From positions 3,596,001-3,660,000 of the forward strand of contig OZ361258.1 of NCBI GenBank assembly GCA_977018835.1: a DNA stretch of 64,000 nt. The letters run 5' to 3'. Shown here in pieces: positions 45,565 through 58,000 of the stretch (position 1 is its first letter; every line of letters begins with the position of its first letter). The notes beneath the pieces are model-generated. The model searched no databases. It saw only the letters and a program-made list of their open reading frames with translations, and was not told the origin of the DNA. The translations under genes were made by a program, and so were the position numbers. The stretch comes from Minutocellus sp. GHC0000111. Its lineage: Eukaryota.

Positions 45565-48423
45565 TTATAATTTTCTTCCAACAACATATGTGAGCCATAT
45601 TGGATCGAAATGCTCGTCTTTCACTTTGAGCTTGTCGGCTGGCTTTTTGCATATGTCATATCCGACGTCCAAGACCTCAAAGCCACGATCTGTTAGGAGT
45701 GACGTGAGGGCTTTGTGAGAGAAACGACAATTATCGTCGGGAGTTGCGTGATATTGGTAGCTCCAGGGAACCAAGTGAAGCGTCAGACCCCCTTTCTTGG
45801 TGATCCGGGCAATGGTATCGAATGCTTCCCAAGGTCGTACAGCGTGCTCAAGAACAGTGAAGCTAAATGTAACATCGTACCCACAGTCATTGGCCTCTGG
45901 ACAATCGTCGATGTCACAAACAATGGCATTGCTCAACTTCTTGGCGGCGGGATCAGAATCAAGGACCCAATACTCTAATGGGCCAGCAAAATGGGCAAAC
46001 TTGGAAGTAACTTGCGTCATACCGGAAGCGACCGATCCTGTTCCTCCAATGTCAAGGAACTTGCCGCCCTCGGAATAGTTGGATGGGTAGGTTCGGTAGA
46101 AATCTGTTAAATGCTTGGCAAAGGAAGTCAGATAGTTGCCAAACAGATCTTTGCTCAATTGTAGATATCCAGTCTTTCTAGTGTTGCGATTCGCCTGGAG
46201 GTCTTCCCAGTATTCGAGGCCCTTATCGCAACAGTACCAGGAGGAGAGGCACTCCTGCTTCTGGCCGCCATCCTTGCCCTGACCGGTCATCAAAACGGAA
46301 TCTATTCCAATCTCCATGGCTTTTGTGGAGGCATCTCCAATAGACGGAACGGCGGAGCATTTTGATTGAGGCTGGTACCCGCCAGCAGTTCTTGTCGTAA
46401 TTGGTAGTGATCGAGAAGGGGACACGGCATTATTCATCTTGGTTCCCTCTCCATTCTTTTGAAGGACGACCATTCGATATGTGATTTTCCCCTGGACCGT
46501 CAAGCGTTGACGGACCTTGCTTCCCAACCATCCCTGGTGTGCCCTTCCGAGCTCATCTTTCAACTCGGGGGCTTGGTTTCGATAATTCAGCGTGATTACT
46601 TCGTACTCGCTGCCAATGTCACGGTCGCGGACAATCTTCATATTACTCTTCGTTGCAAAGTCGGCAATTTCTTTGGTCGAATGAACGGAATTAGCAATCC
46701 AAGATCGCGCAAAGAGGTCAACATCAGGGTCGTCACGAGATGTGCCTACAGAGAGGAAATCGTCGATGAGCACAATGACACCGTCGGGTTCTAATGCATC
46801 TGACCAGGCTTGAATAGATTTGAAGAGATTGGGCGAGTGAATGGCGGCCTCGATACTGTAAACAGCATCAAACTTGGTTTCTCCGCCAGTAAGAGGTTCG
46901 TCATAGGTGTGCAACTTGGCCATAAATTGGTGCTCGGGTAAGTCCTCAGAAATCCATTTGAATTGTTCCTCTGAGATGGTGTGCCCCACCATCGCCCAGT
47001 TCGGTTCATTCTGCTCAAACCACATCAGTCCAGCACCGAGTCCGCAACCCGCATCAAATACTCGCAACGATGTGGTAGAGGCCCCTGCTGAATGAGGAGG
47101 AAGTTCTCCGAGGACGGATTCATATATTGCCGAACGTATAAGCTTGTAGTGCTCCAGCGTGCTGTGCTTCGGACCCATCCAACGATGAACGGCATATGAG
47201 GTGATCACATTCGGCTTGCGTTTGGCGTGCTCATCTTGCTCGAGCTTATCGTAGTACTCGCCAAGGTTGCCATCGAACCACTTCCAGTCCTTATCTGCTT
47301 TCATCGTTTCTGCCAACGCTGCTGCGGTCGCTTTTATCAACTCATTCGCAGATTCCACATCGGCAGCACTTGCATCGATGGCGCCACACTCGACCAACTT
47401 CTTTCGCTCCTCCTCCTTGGTCCGTGCAGCTGGAACCACTGGTGCTTCAAATCCCTGCTGGTATATAGTCGGACTGCCCCCCTGGCCACCCACGCCGACT
47501 GACCAGCTTTCCAATGCGCAAGTGGCATGGACCCATTTCGGTGGCAGGTACATCACTTCTCCCGCCTCTTGTATACAGGCCTGAGCACCCTTGGGAATAT
47601 CCGCTCCCCCCGTCAGATAATCACACCCATTGACCCTGGGCCCAATGGCCTTGTGCTTTGTACGCGGCGGCAAAAGAAACCAGAGGCGTGATCCAGCAAC
47701 CTGTCCCAACCACGCGGCATCGTGATGATGAAATGGATGGGAGGATCCCTGCTCCATGGCCGAAAATACTTGAAAGCGATCTTTCCTGCCCGACCACGCT
47801 GGATGATTCTTTAGCGGCTGAGGAACATCATAATCCGATTGGACGGCATCAATAAATGTTGGATTCTCGTAGTCATTGGTAAATAATAGCAAATCGTCCT
47901 TCATCTCTCGAGAGGTAATCCCTTTGTCATATGCAAATCGTTCCTGCATGATATTGGTCAATGTCGCCGTGCTGGCCGTGCATTGCTTGCCGTTTCCATC
48001 TTGCAATGGCTGGACATCACCCCGCTTCACGTACTGAGGATGTGATCCATACCTGGCAGTGAATTTGGTTCGATCGCTCCACAACGACAGGGCTGGCGGC
48101 TCCCAATCGCTCAGTATGGTCGGCTTCTTCTTGTTCTTGAGAGCCCTGCCGCAACGGCCGCTGTCGGTCAGAGACTGACGAATGGCCGAGCACGATGGCA
48201 AATTGGATGCTGCGTCGGGATGCAGATTGAGTAGACTTTGCGGGTTGCGAGCACATTTTGTGCCTCCTTTCTCGTGCTCACTTTCCGATGGCTGCAGAAC
48301 GTAGAGGATCGTCACGGCCAGGAGAACGAAGCACGATATGCATCGATTTGGGGAGGAGGCAAAAGTGCGCACCACCCAGCTGCCAGTGTTGCCGTTGCGA
48401 GGGTTGGGGCGGCGGACCCTCAT
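45565..48423 (-). CDS. Type II membrane JmjC/cupin + two class I SAM-methyltransferase domains
   Basis: TM CISCFVLLAVTILYVL. JmjC HxD...H (HPFHHHD...GEVMYLPPKWVHAT). MTase 1: VFDAGCGLG...FDAVYSIEA...LEPDGVIVL. MTase 2: FLDIGGTG...YDVTFSFTVLEH...KKGGL. Confidence 0.85.
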   Translation of the reverse strand: MRVRRPNPRNGNTGSWVVRTFASSPNRCISCFVLLAVTILYVLQPSESEHEKGGTKCARNPQSLLNLHPDAASNLPSCSAIRQSLTDSGRCGRALKNKKKPTILSDWEPPALSLWSDRTKFTARYGSHPQYVKRGDVQPLQDGNGKQCTASTATLTNIMQERFAYDKGITSREMKDDLLLFTNDYENPTFIDAVQSDYDVPQPLKNHPAWSGRKDRFQVFSAMEQGSSHPFHHHDAAWLGQVAGSRLWFLLPPRTKHKAIGPRVNGCDYLTGGADIPKGAQACIQEAGEVMYLPPKWVHATCALESWSVGVGGQGGSPTIYQQGFEAPVVPAARTKEEERKKLVECGAIDASAADVESANELIKATAAALAETMKADKDWKWFDGNLGEYYDKLEQDEHAKRKPNVITSYAVHRWMGPKHSTLEHYKLIRSAIYESVLGELPPHSAGASTTSLRVFDAGCGLGAGLMWFEQNEPNWAMVGHTISEEQFKWISEDLPEHQFMAKLHTYDEPLTGGETKFDAVYSIEAAIHSPNLFKSIQAWSDALEPDGVIVLIDDFLSVGTSRDDPDVDLFARSWIANSVHSTKEIADFATKSNMKIVRDRDIGSEYEVITLNYRNQAPELKDELGRAHQGWLGSKVRQRLTVQGKITYRMVVLQKNGEGTKMNNAVSPSRSLPITTRTAGGYQPQSKCSAVPSIGDASTKAMEIGIDSVLMTGQGKDGGQKQECLSSWYCCDKGLEYWEDLQANRNTRKTGYLQLSKDLFGNYLTSFAKHLTDFYRTYPSNYSEGGKFLDIGGTGSVASGMTQVTSKFAHFAGPLEYWVLDSDPAAKKLSNAIVCDIDDCPEANDCGYDVTFSFTVLEHAVRPWEAFDTIARITKKGGLTLHLVPWSYQYHATPDDNCRFSHKALTSLLTDRGFEVLDVGYDICKKPADKLKVKDEHFDPIWLTYVVGRKL

Positions 48424-48557
48424 GGTGCAGCAGATACCAACGCAAATGGCGCGGCCCGAGGCGAGCAGGCGGTACGTACGTACCTGTCTTGCCGTGCCGT
48501 ACGTACGGTGTGCTCATTCTTCACTTACTTCGCAGACTTCACTCTTCAGCCACCACC

Positions 48558-50642
48558 ATGGTCGCCTCGGCGTCGGCCGTCGCCGAGCGCAGCAGCGGCA
48601 ACAGCCACAAACGCAGACGCCCAGCATGGTTCACCATACTGGCAGCGGTTGCCACTGCAGTCGTAGTAACTCTGCTCCAATTCGGAGACATCCGGGGACA
48701 TGTGAATGTAACCGGCAAAAGTCGAACGAAGGGGCGTTCCTCGTCCTCGTCTGGTCGGCAGATGAGCAACAACCGGCAGGGACATTCCCCGGGGGCTAAT
48801 GGGGAGACTGCCTACGGCGACAGCACCACGCACTATACCCGAATCATGTACGAGAGTGAAATGAGCGCAGTGATCAGAAGCATACTGGCGCCAGCCAATG
48901 AGGAGTTTGGGCAGTACCAGCAGCCCGGCCTCTCGCAGGGTCTGTCCATGATGAACCGCAACATGCTGCGGGGACTCAAGCGGCAGGTCGAGGCGGTCGT
49001 CGATGCTGGCATTGATGGGGACGTGTACGAATTCGGTTCGTGGAGGGGCGGGGCGTCCATCCTGATGGCCAGAGTGTTCGATGCGTACGAACGGTATCGG
49101 ATTGGTAATAATGAGGGGTCGTCAACTGGTACCAATAGCAGTAGCAACGATGCCGCAACACATGATGAGCACTACCAGACAAACAGGATGTTCTATGTGT
49201 TTGATACCTTTGATGGATTTCTGGATAAGCAGGTATCCAATGACACGCTGCTGCAAGACCTGCTGCTGGACAAGTATTGGGTGGCACCGCTGGACAGTGT
49301 GCGGAGATCCATTGTCAAATTGACCTCGCAAGGCTTTGTCGATTCCAATGTCCGTTTTGTCAAGGGATTATTTGAGGACACTGTACCCAACTTTGCTTCC
49401 AATGGTGGTCCCAACCGAGGCAGCATTGCTCTGCTTCGTCTCGATGGAGATCTATACGAGTCTACTCGAGTCGTTCTAGAGCACATGTATGACAATGTTG
49501 CAGTTGGGGGGCATGTCATTGTCGATGATTACGATTGGAGACCCGAAAATTGGGCAAAGGGCGGCGACCAGAACGAAACCAAGACAGACCGCAGGATATG
49601 CAAGGAGGCTGTTGAAGAATTTCGTCTCGAGCGCAACATCCAATCTCCAATCACGAGGGAGTATGCTCGTCCTTCGTGGACGAAGGAGGCGGGGGAGGTT
49701 CAGAGCGACAATGTTGCCATGCTCACGAATGACACCTCTCCCATCGTATTCGTACACCTCGGTAAGACGGCAGGATCCACCATTACATGCCAGCTCTCTC
49801 CGGCAGTGTGGAATTCAGGAAAGGGTGACTCGGGCTGTGACGATGCTGATGCTTCGGGGGCTGCAAGTAGCAATGCATCGTCAGAAATTGTTCGGCGAGT
49901 GGTTGAGCGAGTGCATCTCGAACCAGCTCAGGTGGATAGCGTGTACCACAATTACCTTGTTACCGCACGAAATCCCATTGATCGGGTTGTATCGGGCTTC
50001 TATTACATGCATCCCGATTATCCACCGGTGAAGAAGGCCCATCACAAACGCTATTGCCAACATTTTGCCGTATTTGAATGCTGGAATACCATTCAATCGT
50101 TGACTGAGGATGGCCTTTCGTTGCCGATGCGGACCTCCAATCATTTGCATTCGACCAAGCAGACAGATGAAGAATGTAGGGCCTGGGCATGGGATTATGT
50201 CAGGGGCACAAGACACTGTTTTCACAACTATTGGAACTATAATCGAACGTATGGTGAGTTGCTGGATCAGCACGAACAAGGAAAGGCACAATCAAAAAAG
50301 GGGAACAGTCCGGAACGAAACCAAATCTTTGTCATCAGAACCGAACACGCCGTCGATGATTGGAATAACATCGACAAATTATTGGGAGGAACTGGTACGA
50401 TGGGGACTTTTGTCAAGACGGAAAACAACTTTGCCGAGAGCATAGCGCATGGGCCGAACAAAACTCTATCATTGGCCGGTAGGAAAAATTTGTGTCGGGC
50501 ACTGTGTGATGAAATCCAACTTTACAAGCGGCTATTGAATTCGGCCACAAATTTGGACGCGAAGATGAAGCAAGCATCAATGGACGAGTTGCTGCGCTCA
50601 TGCCCCAATGAACTTCGTGAAGTACGAGATTGTATAATGTAG
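48558..50642 (+). CDS. Type II membrane TylF/MycF-family O-methyltransferase fused to a sulfotransferase domain
   Basis: ATG at 48558 and TM WFTILAAVATAVVVTLL. TylF motifs GDVYEFGSWRGG, FDTFDG, VKGLFEDTVP, IALLRLDGDLYEST and GGHVIVDDY. Sulfotransferase motifs FVHLGKTAGST and RNPIDRVVSGFYY. Confidence 0.9.
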   Translation: MVASASAVAERSSGNSHKRRRPAWFTILAAVATAVVVTLLQFGDIRGHVNVTGKSRTKGRSSSSSGRQMSNNRQGHSPGANGETAYGDSTTHYTRIMYESEMSAVIRSILAPANEEFGQYQQPGLSQGLSMMNRNMLRGLKRQVEAVVDAGIDGDVYEFGSWRGGASILMARVFDAYERYRIGNNEGSSTGTNSSSNDAATHDEHYQTNRMFYVFDTFDGFLDKQVSNDTLLQDLLLDKYWVAPLDSVRRSIVKLTSQGFVDSNVRFVKGLFEDTVPNFASNGGPNRGSIALLRLDGDLYESTRVVLEHMYDNVAVGGHVIVDDYDWRPENWAKGGDQNETKTDRRICKEAVEEFRLERNIQSPITREYARPSWTKEAGEVQSDNVAMLTNDTSPIVFVHLGKTAGSTITCQLSPAVWNSGKGDSGCDDADASGAASSNASSEIVRRVVERVHLEPAQVDSVYHNYLVTARNPIDRVVSGFYYMHPDYPPVKKAHHKRYCQHFAVFECWNTIQSLTEDGLSLPMRTSNHLHSTKQTDEECRAWAWDYVRGTRHCFHNYWNYNRTYGELLDQHEQGKAQSKKGNSPERNQIFVIRTEHAVDDWNNIDKLLGGTGTMGTFVKTENNFAESIAHGPNKTLSLAGRKNLCRALCDEIQLYKRLLNSATNLDAKMKQASMDELLRSCPNELREVRDCIM

Positions 50643-50764
50643 ATAGAACTATTGGCAAAGGGGAGATTATAAATAATATGGGTCAATTATTCCTCTTTCT
50701 TGATATTTCTATACCACGGCTCTTGCTGGTGGGGGTAGTTTTCCATTAGAATGCACCATCCCTC

Positions 50765-51710
50765 TTAGAGAGTTTTTCCGAGCTCCTCCCCGATACCAGA
50801 TAGATCAGAAAAGCTTTGGCTTGCGAAGAAACGAAATTCATACTCTTCATCAATTTCAGTAACATGAAACATAACTCCGAAGATTCCAAAGAACTCCTCG
50901 CTATAAAAACTTTTCCATTGCCTTGACAAGTTTGCTCCCGTACCCATGATGGCGCCACTCCTTGGCGACCTCGAGAAGCTTAATAGTAGGACCACCACTC
51001 GAAAGGTTGGAATTCTTGTAAGTACGAAGAGATTTGGCGATGATCTTAGTGCCCACTTTCATCTCGAAGAGGGTGGTGATAGAGCTCGGGTCCTCGGCTT
51101 TGTTGCCACTGCGTCGGGTGACAGTGAGATTACTCGCCGCATCAACTGTTTCGGTGACTTCTTTGTGGGCAATAAAAGCGGGAATGCAGAACTCGTCTGA
51201 TTCCACTATGTACTTCATAGCAAACGCCTTGCTCTCCTCCGTCATGCAGCGGATATAAATCCACTGACAGGCGGCGGTAACCACAAAGGCTGCGCTCTTA
51301 CTTTTGGGTTCGAAGACTGTATGCGCTTCGTAATAATTGTCCTCGAGGAAGTCTCGCTCTTCTTCCTCCTCGTCTGAATATTCGTCACCATCCCAGCGGA
51401 GGTGATTCTTCGGTGGAAGGTTGCACCGGTACCCGTGAGCTCTCATTATATCGATGGCGGCCTTGACCAAATGTCCACCGTCCTCGATGTGTTCAATATT
51501 GTAGCCGTCCTTGGCTTGGCGAAATCCCGGTCCCATGAGCGTGGAGACCCCTGGTCTAGGATTCAAGTCGGCCGCATCGACCCAGTTCAGATCACCAAAA
51601 GTCGCCGGAGTTGTACTCGATGGATTAGGGACGACAGAACGGCTGACTCTACTGGCTGAGCCACTGGCAGCGCCGAATGCAGCCCGCAAAATCCAGGGTG
51701 GATTGGACAT
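50765..51710 (-). pseudogene. GNAT-family acetyltransferase-like protein with a +1 frameshift in a T5 run
   Basis: IKLLEVAKEWRHHGYGSKLVKAMEKF is motif A. The remainder (YSEEFFGI...RFFASQSFSD...ELGKTL*) is in the next frame. Removing one base at 50905-50909 restores it. Confidence 0.7.
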
Positions 51711-52060
51711 GATATGTTTGCTTTCAATGGAGATCGTGATTTATTCGTGTCAGGCGGCGTGAATTGTGTGCGCTCTTCGTGTTGTGAGCTCCTTGTATCA
51801 CGCTAAAAGCTTCTCCTCTGAGCGTGGAGCAGAGAGAGGTAAAGCTCGCCATATTTTTCTTATTCCTGTCATTGTATGTGAAACATGTCAATGACAAAGA
51901 GGGTCGCTGAGGATCGTTCTTTCCCATTCAAAATGAACTCCTTGTATCCTTCCTTGATAATGGGATGACTGATCTCTGCGTTATTTACCTGCAGTTAATA
52001 CTCTCTCTAGCTAGACTTTCTACTACGTGCTAACTATGTGACAACGTAGTAGGAATTGCG

Positions 52061-55000
52061 CTACTTCGCCCCCTCCGACTCGTCCGCTTTGGATTCTCCC
52101 AGCAGCAAAAGCGCAATTTCTCGATGCCCGGCGAGGTTGATGATGAGCTGATTCGTCTCATCGTATCCAAGTGCCATCATAATCTCTAGACCTTCTTCCC
52201 AGCTCTCTACAGCGCCACGGAGGTCGTTCGAATTGCCCTTGGCGATGCCATAGTTCTCCAGAGTCGTTGCGACTTCCACGCTCTCCGGGCCATACTCAAG
52301 CTTCTGGATCCGCATGCATTCCTGGTAGGTTAGAATGGCATCGTCATACTCCTGGTTCTTGTCGTAAGCAACACCAATGGCAAAGAGGCACGTAGCGACG
52401 TCGGGGTGGTCCTTGCCGAGATTCTTGACCTGGATTCTGAGAGCATCTTGAAGGAGGCCCATTGCCTTTTCGAATTGTTCATGACGACCAAGCATGAGGG
52501 CCATGTGATATTGAACATTGGCAACATTCAGGTGGTCCTCTCCCTGTAGACTGCGGTAAAGATGGATAGATCGGTGGTACAAATTGATTGCCTCTCGCTC
52601 GTCTCCGATCATGTCATCGACGTTGGCAAATTTTAAGAGCGTCGAGGCCAGTTCCAGATAATCGTCATGCAGGTCAACATCGTCGAGGAAATCCTTGGAT
52701 GCAACGTCCGGGAGGAGGCTGTCAAGAATCTTGATAGAGTTCATGCACCACTCTCTTGCAGCATCCAGGTTTCCATTCTTTTCGTAAACCATGGCCTTGA
52801 TGCCGCTGCATTTGGCAACGCCAACATGATTGTTGATTTGCTTCATCTTGAACGTGCGCAAGGCATCGTCGACACAAGCCTTGGCTTTTTCGGTCTCGTC
52901 CTCGGCAACAAGAGCGGCGGCCAAATCGAGAAGATATTCGGCGGCTTCCTCGCTGTCAGACCCAAAGGCTTTCCTGGCGATCTCAAGCGCTTCTTCGAAG
53001 CAAAGGACGGCTGAATCGGGCTCGCCAAGGGAATTGTGGACCTTTCCAATGAGGGTGAGAACCTTTGCCACATCAATGTGTTCTTCGCCCAACGCTCTCT
53101 TCCTGGCATTCAAAGAATCTTTCAATCTAGACATGGCCTTCTCGTAATCCTGCATTGATTCTGTGAAAGGTCAATGTGGAGAGAAGTGGAGAAACGATTT
53201 CAGATGTAATGTGTGAGATGTAGGAGGAATTCCAAAGTCATAGGGATCTCAGCAGGAAACGCAATAAGCACGGCCAATTTTCTTACCGTAAATCGCACCG
53301 AGGAGGTAAGATGCGCTTCCGACGCCAATGTGGAACTTTCCGCGGATGCGCATGATTGTAGAACAGGCTCGCTCGAGGTAGGGGAGTGCGTTCTCGTACT
53401 CCCGCCATGCAAAGAGAATGGTACCGAGCGTAAGCATTGAATCGGCAATGTCCTCCTCCGGCACACCAGGGATTGCTTCACGCAACCGCAGCGCTTCAAC
53501 GACGGCGTCGTGAGCCTGGGTGTAGTGACCCCCACGAAGAAAAGAATCGCTGATACTCTGGATACATCTAGCAACTTGAGAGCTCTCATGGCCCACAGAT
53601 TCTTGGTAGCACGCCAGACACTTCTCGTAGTATGAGAGCGCTTGTTCATGCTCGCCCATGCGATCATAAATAGAAGCCTGTCCCCAAATGATATCCGCGA
53701 GGTCGACGGCCGGTCTTTCGCTAGCTGCGGGACCAAGGCATGCCCTCCGGACATCCAATGCCCTTTGATAAATTTGCATTGCCCGTTGGTCATCGTCTTC
53801 CTTGGACATGACAATTGCAGCCTTGTTACTCAGGGCCTTGGCCACGGAAAGCTTCGGCTCGGCATCCATCGCGACGTACATTCGAATGCTTTCACTGTAG
53901 CAAAATATGGCCTTCTTGTCGGCGTTGAGGAGGTCGTGAACAGAGCCAAGATCGAAGTAGCTCGAAGCTATTTCGTCAGTCTCCTTCCCACTGAGCTGAA
54001 CTCTGACCACGAGGCTATCTTCGAAGCAACGCAGGGCCTCTGTGTAGTCTCGCTTCGTTCTCAGTAAGGCGCTGCAGTCGCAGTCAATGAGGGTGAAGGT
54101 AGCGAGAAGCACAAGGTGAGCAAATAAGTATGAGAACAGAACGATCTTTAGCGACGAAAAGTTATAGAGCTGACAAATATATAAATGGGATGAAAAATGA
54201 AAAATACTCACCCAAGTTTGGCAAGCGTTTTTGCAACATTGGCGCTCTCGCGGCCCTCGAGATTCATTCGAACTCGGAGGCATTCCCTGTAGCACCGTTC
54301 GGCCTTCTCGATATCATTACAGCTGTAGCAAATGTCACCTACATCCTGCATGATGGAAGCAATCTTCGGGTTGTCCGCCATCGAGATCTGCTTTAGGATC
54401 AAAAGCGATCGCTCGTAGCACTTAACAGAGGCTGTGTAGTCTTCGAGGAGTTTGTAGGCGGTTCCCATTTGGAAATCAATATCAGCAATGTCGGAATGGT
54501 CTTCCTCGAGCTTTTCACAGGTGAGGTCGTGAGCCTTGGCAAGGCACTTGATCGCCTTCTCGGCTTCTCCGCCCTCGTTGAAGCACACTCCCATGTTAAA
54601 TAGCAAGTTCCCAATTGTGATGTGTCGATCACCGTATATCTTCTTGTAAATGGTCAAGCTTTCGGCATAGGAGGCGATTGCTTGTGGGAAATTCCTACGG
54701 ATTCCCTCACATATACCCCTCCGATGAAGCAACGAAGCCAACTGCTCCGCATCGGAGCCAAAAATCTTCCGAACCAGCGCCATCGCCCCGTCAAAGCATG
54801 CCATGAGGTCGTTTGACGTTTCGGACGAGTCTTGAATACCAACCGCCATCATAATTCGAATGGCCTCGGTGTAATTAGATAGAGCAGCATTCTCATCTCT
54901 GCCGCCACCCCGCTTCGCCTGTGCACGTGCGAGGCATTTATGGGTCAATGCGACGTCGTAGTCATCGCCAAAATGAGCCTTTTGAATCTTCAGGGCCTCC

Positions 55001-58000
55001 GTCAAGCTCTTGATCGCCCTGTCAATTTCTCGGAGATTCAAAAGGCATCGACCAAGCATGTAAAGAGTGTTGCCAATATCGATATGGCCTTTGTCCAGAC
55101 ATTCTCGTTGAATTTTGAGAGCCTTGGAGAGGCACGACACTCCTTTGTTCTCCTTGGAATCTTCAAGATACACGCACCCCAGAGAGTGCCAACAATACGC
55201 AACATTTGCGTGGTTTTGACCCAGGCTCTTTTCCATCATATGCAGAGCTTCAGTGTGGTAGAACTCGGCCTTCTCATAGTCCTTCATGTCAAAATAGCAA
55301 CCTCCAAGATTGGTCAGAACCTGAGCACATGGGGCCGCATGGTCGCCGTGTCCCTCTTCTTTGCGAATCATGAGACATCTCTCGTAGGAATCGATTGCAT
55401 CGGAAAATTGCTCCTGTTCATAGTATGCAATTCCTAGTATAAAAAGGACATCGGCAATCTCCGAAGCAAATGATTCGTCACAGTTTCCGTATGCGACGAG
55501 TGCATCGTGGAGGCGTATCAAGCTCAGCTCTCTTCGCCCCATATCTAGAAGGAGGCCACCCAACGCAAAAAGAACCTCCCCATAATCAGAACAGTTCCTG
55601 CCCTTGGTTCGCAAGCGAATCTGCCGGGCGTGCTCGTATGCCTTCTTGGCTGCGTCATATTCTTTCTGATCTTGATGAACTCGACCAAGGCAAAGGAATG
55701 TCTCTGCCTCATCTTCTTGCTTGCCAACGCCCCTTGTCTTGCCCAGTCGCGACTCTCGTTTGACTATAGCGTCCTTGAAGTATTCGATGGCCTTTTCTGC
55801 ATTGCCGAGCTCGCTGTGGATGGTACCAAGGAACTGAGTCGTTTCCTCGAGGTCCACGTGGTTGGTACTGAGTCTGTCGGTCCTAATCGCAAGGGCCTGC
55901 ATGAAGCTAGCGAGCGATTTCTTGTAATCCTTCTTCAAGGCGTAAACAATGCCGCGGCAGTGATGAACGTCGCCCATGGAAACGGACTTTGGGCTCGACC
56001 TCTCAACATAGGCAGTTTGTGTGATTTCGAAGCACACCGTGGCATCGTTGAGGTTGCCGCTTCGCAGGAGGAGCTTGCCGTAGAACAAAACAGTGTCGGC
56101 AAAGAAGAGTAGCTTATCGCCAGCGTTGGCCTTGCTTGCGGAGAGCAGCTTCTTGAGGTCGGAAACTTCTTCCTCTTGTTCGGGGCCATCGTCTTCATCG
56201 CCATCCAGTGTTAGAGTCTTGGAATCTAGCGATGAGCCACTCTTTTTGTCTCGCCTTTCGACTTTCTTGGTGCTCATCTTGGCAAAATACTCTTCACACA
56301 AGCTCACGACACGGTCATTCAATAACTGGACCTTGGCATCATCGCCTCGTGCTGCGTGGATCTGAACCATCTCAAACAGATCTCGAGCGATCATAATTTG
56401 ATTCTCATCCATGTCCTTCGGCACTTCTCGCCGGATGCATAAGGCTTGGTGAAGATGATGGAGAGCTTCTTCAGGATCCCCCTTGCCGCTGTAGGCCGAG
56501 GCAAGATTATCGAAAATATCCGCCCGCATGAGAGCTGAAGCGGTATCTTCGAGGTCCAATGGAATAAGAGACAGGGCCTCGCGACTCCGGTCTATGCAAT
56601 CATCGTAGTTGCCCACCACTCTGTGGCATTCGCTCATCTTGGCAAGCGTTGAGATCATGCTTTCGGTCGTCTGGCCGTAGATGTCTAAACAAATCCTTCG
56701 TGACGTCTCGTAAAGCTCGAGGGCACGGTGATAGTCGGAGTTGATTTGATTCTGAGAGTGAAAGAAAAATGATTGGGAGAATACAAGCATGTAAGAGCGC
56801 GAAAGGCGATATCAATTATAGTTTTGCAGTACCTGGTGAAAGAAGATCCACACATGAACATCGCAATGACTCACAGCATACGCAAGGCTGAAATACGTGT
56901 CAGCAACAATCTCATTGTCCTCGCCCATGGCTTCCCGAGCCAAATCAAGGGCATCTTCTAACCCAGCGATTGCCTCGGTTGTCTTGCCAAGGTCGAGAAG
57001 ACAATTGCCCTTGTTGAAGTAACCCGTGGCGATGGTCGGATCAGAGGGACCGAGGTTCTGTTCCTGCTTTTTGATGCCAAGTTTGATCCAATGCAGGGCC
57101 TTCTCATGATTGCCCATTTGAACGTAGGCATCGCCAAGTCGAAAGCACATTTCGCCCGCTTCGGGGCCAATGGAACCCAAGGTCTTCATGGAAAGCTCAA
57201 AGAAGCCCTCGAAAGCTGCAGCAATGTCCTTCTGCTTGTCGAGAGAAAGGTTCTCGTCAGAAATTTCAGCAATTTGTTGTTCGAAGATTTCGACGGCCTC
57301 TTCGGTGACACCGAGGGCCTCCTCATCGAGCCCTTCTGCAACATACGATTGTCCCAATCGCTGAAGAGTTTGGCCGAACTCCCAGGAATCGGGTGGGAAT
57401 TATTCCGCCTCGAGAATTTCCTTGTATACGAGCAATGATGTGGAAAGCTCGTCCGCCTTGTTGTAGACATCGGCCTTGTCGAGCAATGCAACACCGGCCG
57501 TCTCCGGAGGAGTGTATTCATCGCCACTAACCTTGAAAAATTTGATAGCGGCGTTGTAGCAACGAAGGGCCTCTTGGTTGTTCCCCAAAGCAAAATTCGA
57601 CTTGCCCATCAGATGATAAACGGATCCAATCTCGAACTCAACCATGGGATCATCGGCGATACCGCCTCGCTCTTTGATGGCCAACGACTCCTTCAAGGCG
57701 ACGATCGCACCCTCGTGTTCCCCCAATTTCACCTGAGCAGTGCCGATCTTCTCCAAAAGGGCTCCTACTTTGTCCTCATCATCGTCATCATCGGAGAGGA
57801 GACGTATTTCGAGAGCCTCTTGATATCGCTGCAGCGCTTCTTGGAACAATCCCTGGTCAAAGAGACACCCTGCCATTAGAGACAAGCAAAGAGATGAATC
57901 CAAGTGAACCTTGCCAGCATTTTCATACGCTTTTGCTTCCAATGCGTCAGTAAAATATTGCAATGCCGACTCGAGGTCCTTGAGACCTCGGAAGAGAGCC

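Noticed and set aside
48258..48557. Upstream extension of the TylF ORF (similar extensions at 1112, 8123, 10321, 18640, 20988)
   Set aside because: These come from non-ATG or far-upstream starts in the ORF track, and some overlap neighbouring genes. Downstream ATGs with proper targeting peptides were used instead.
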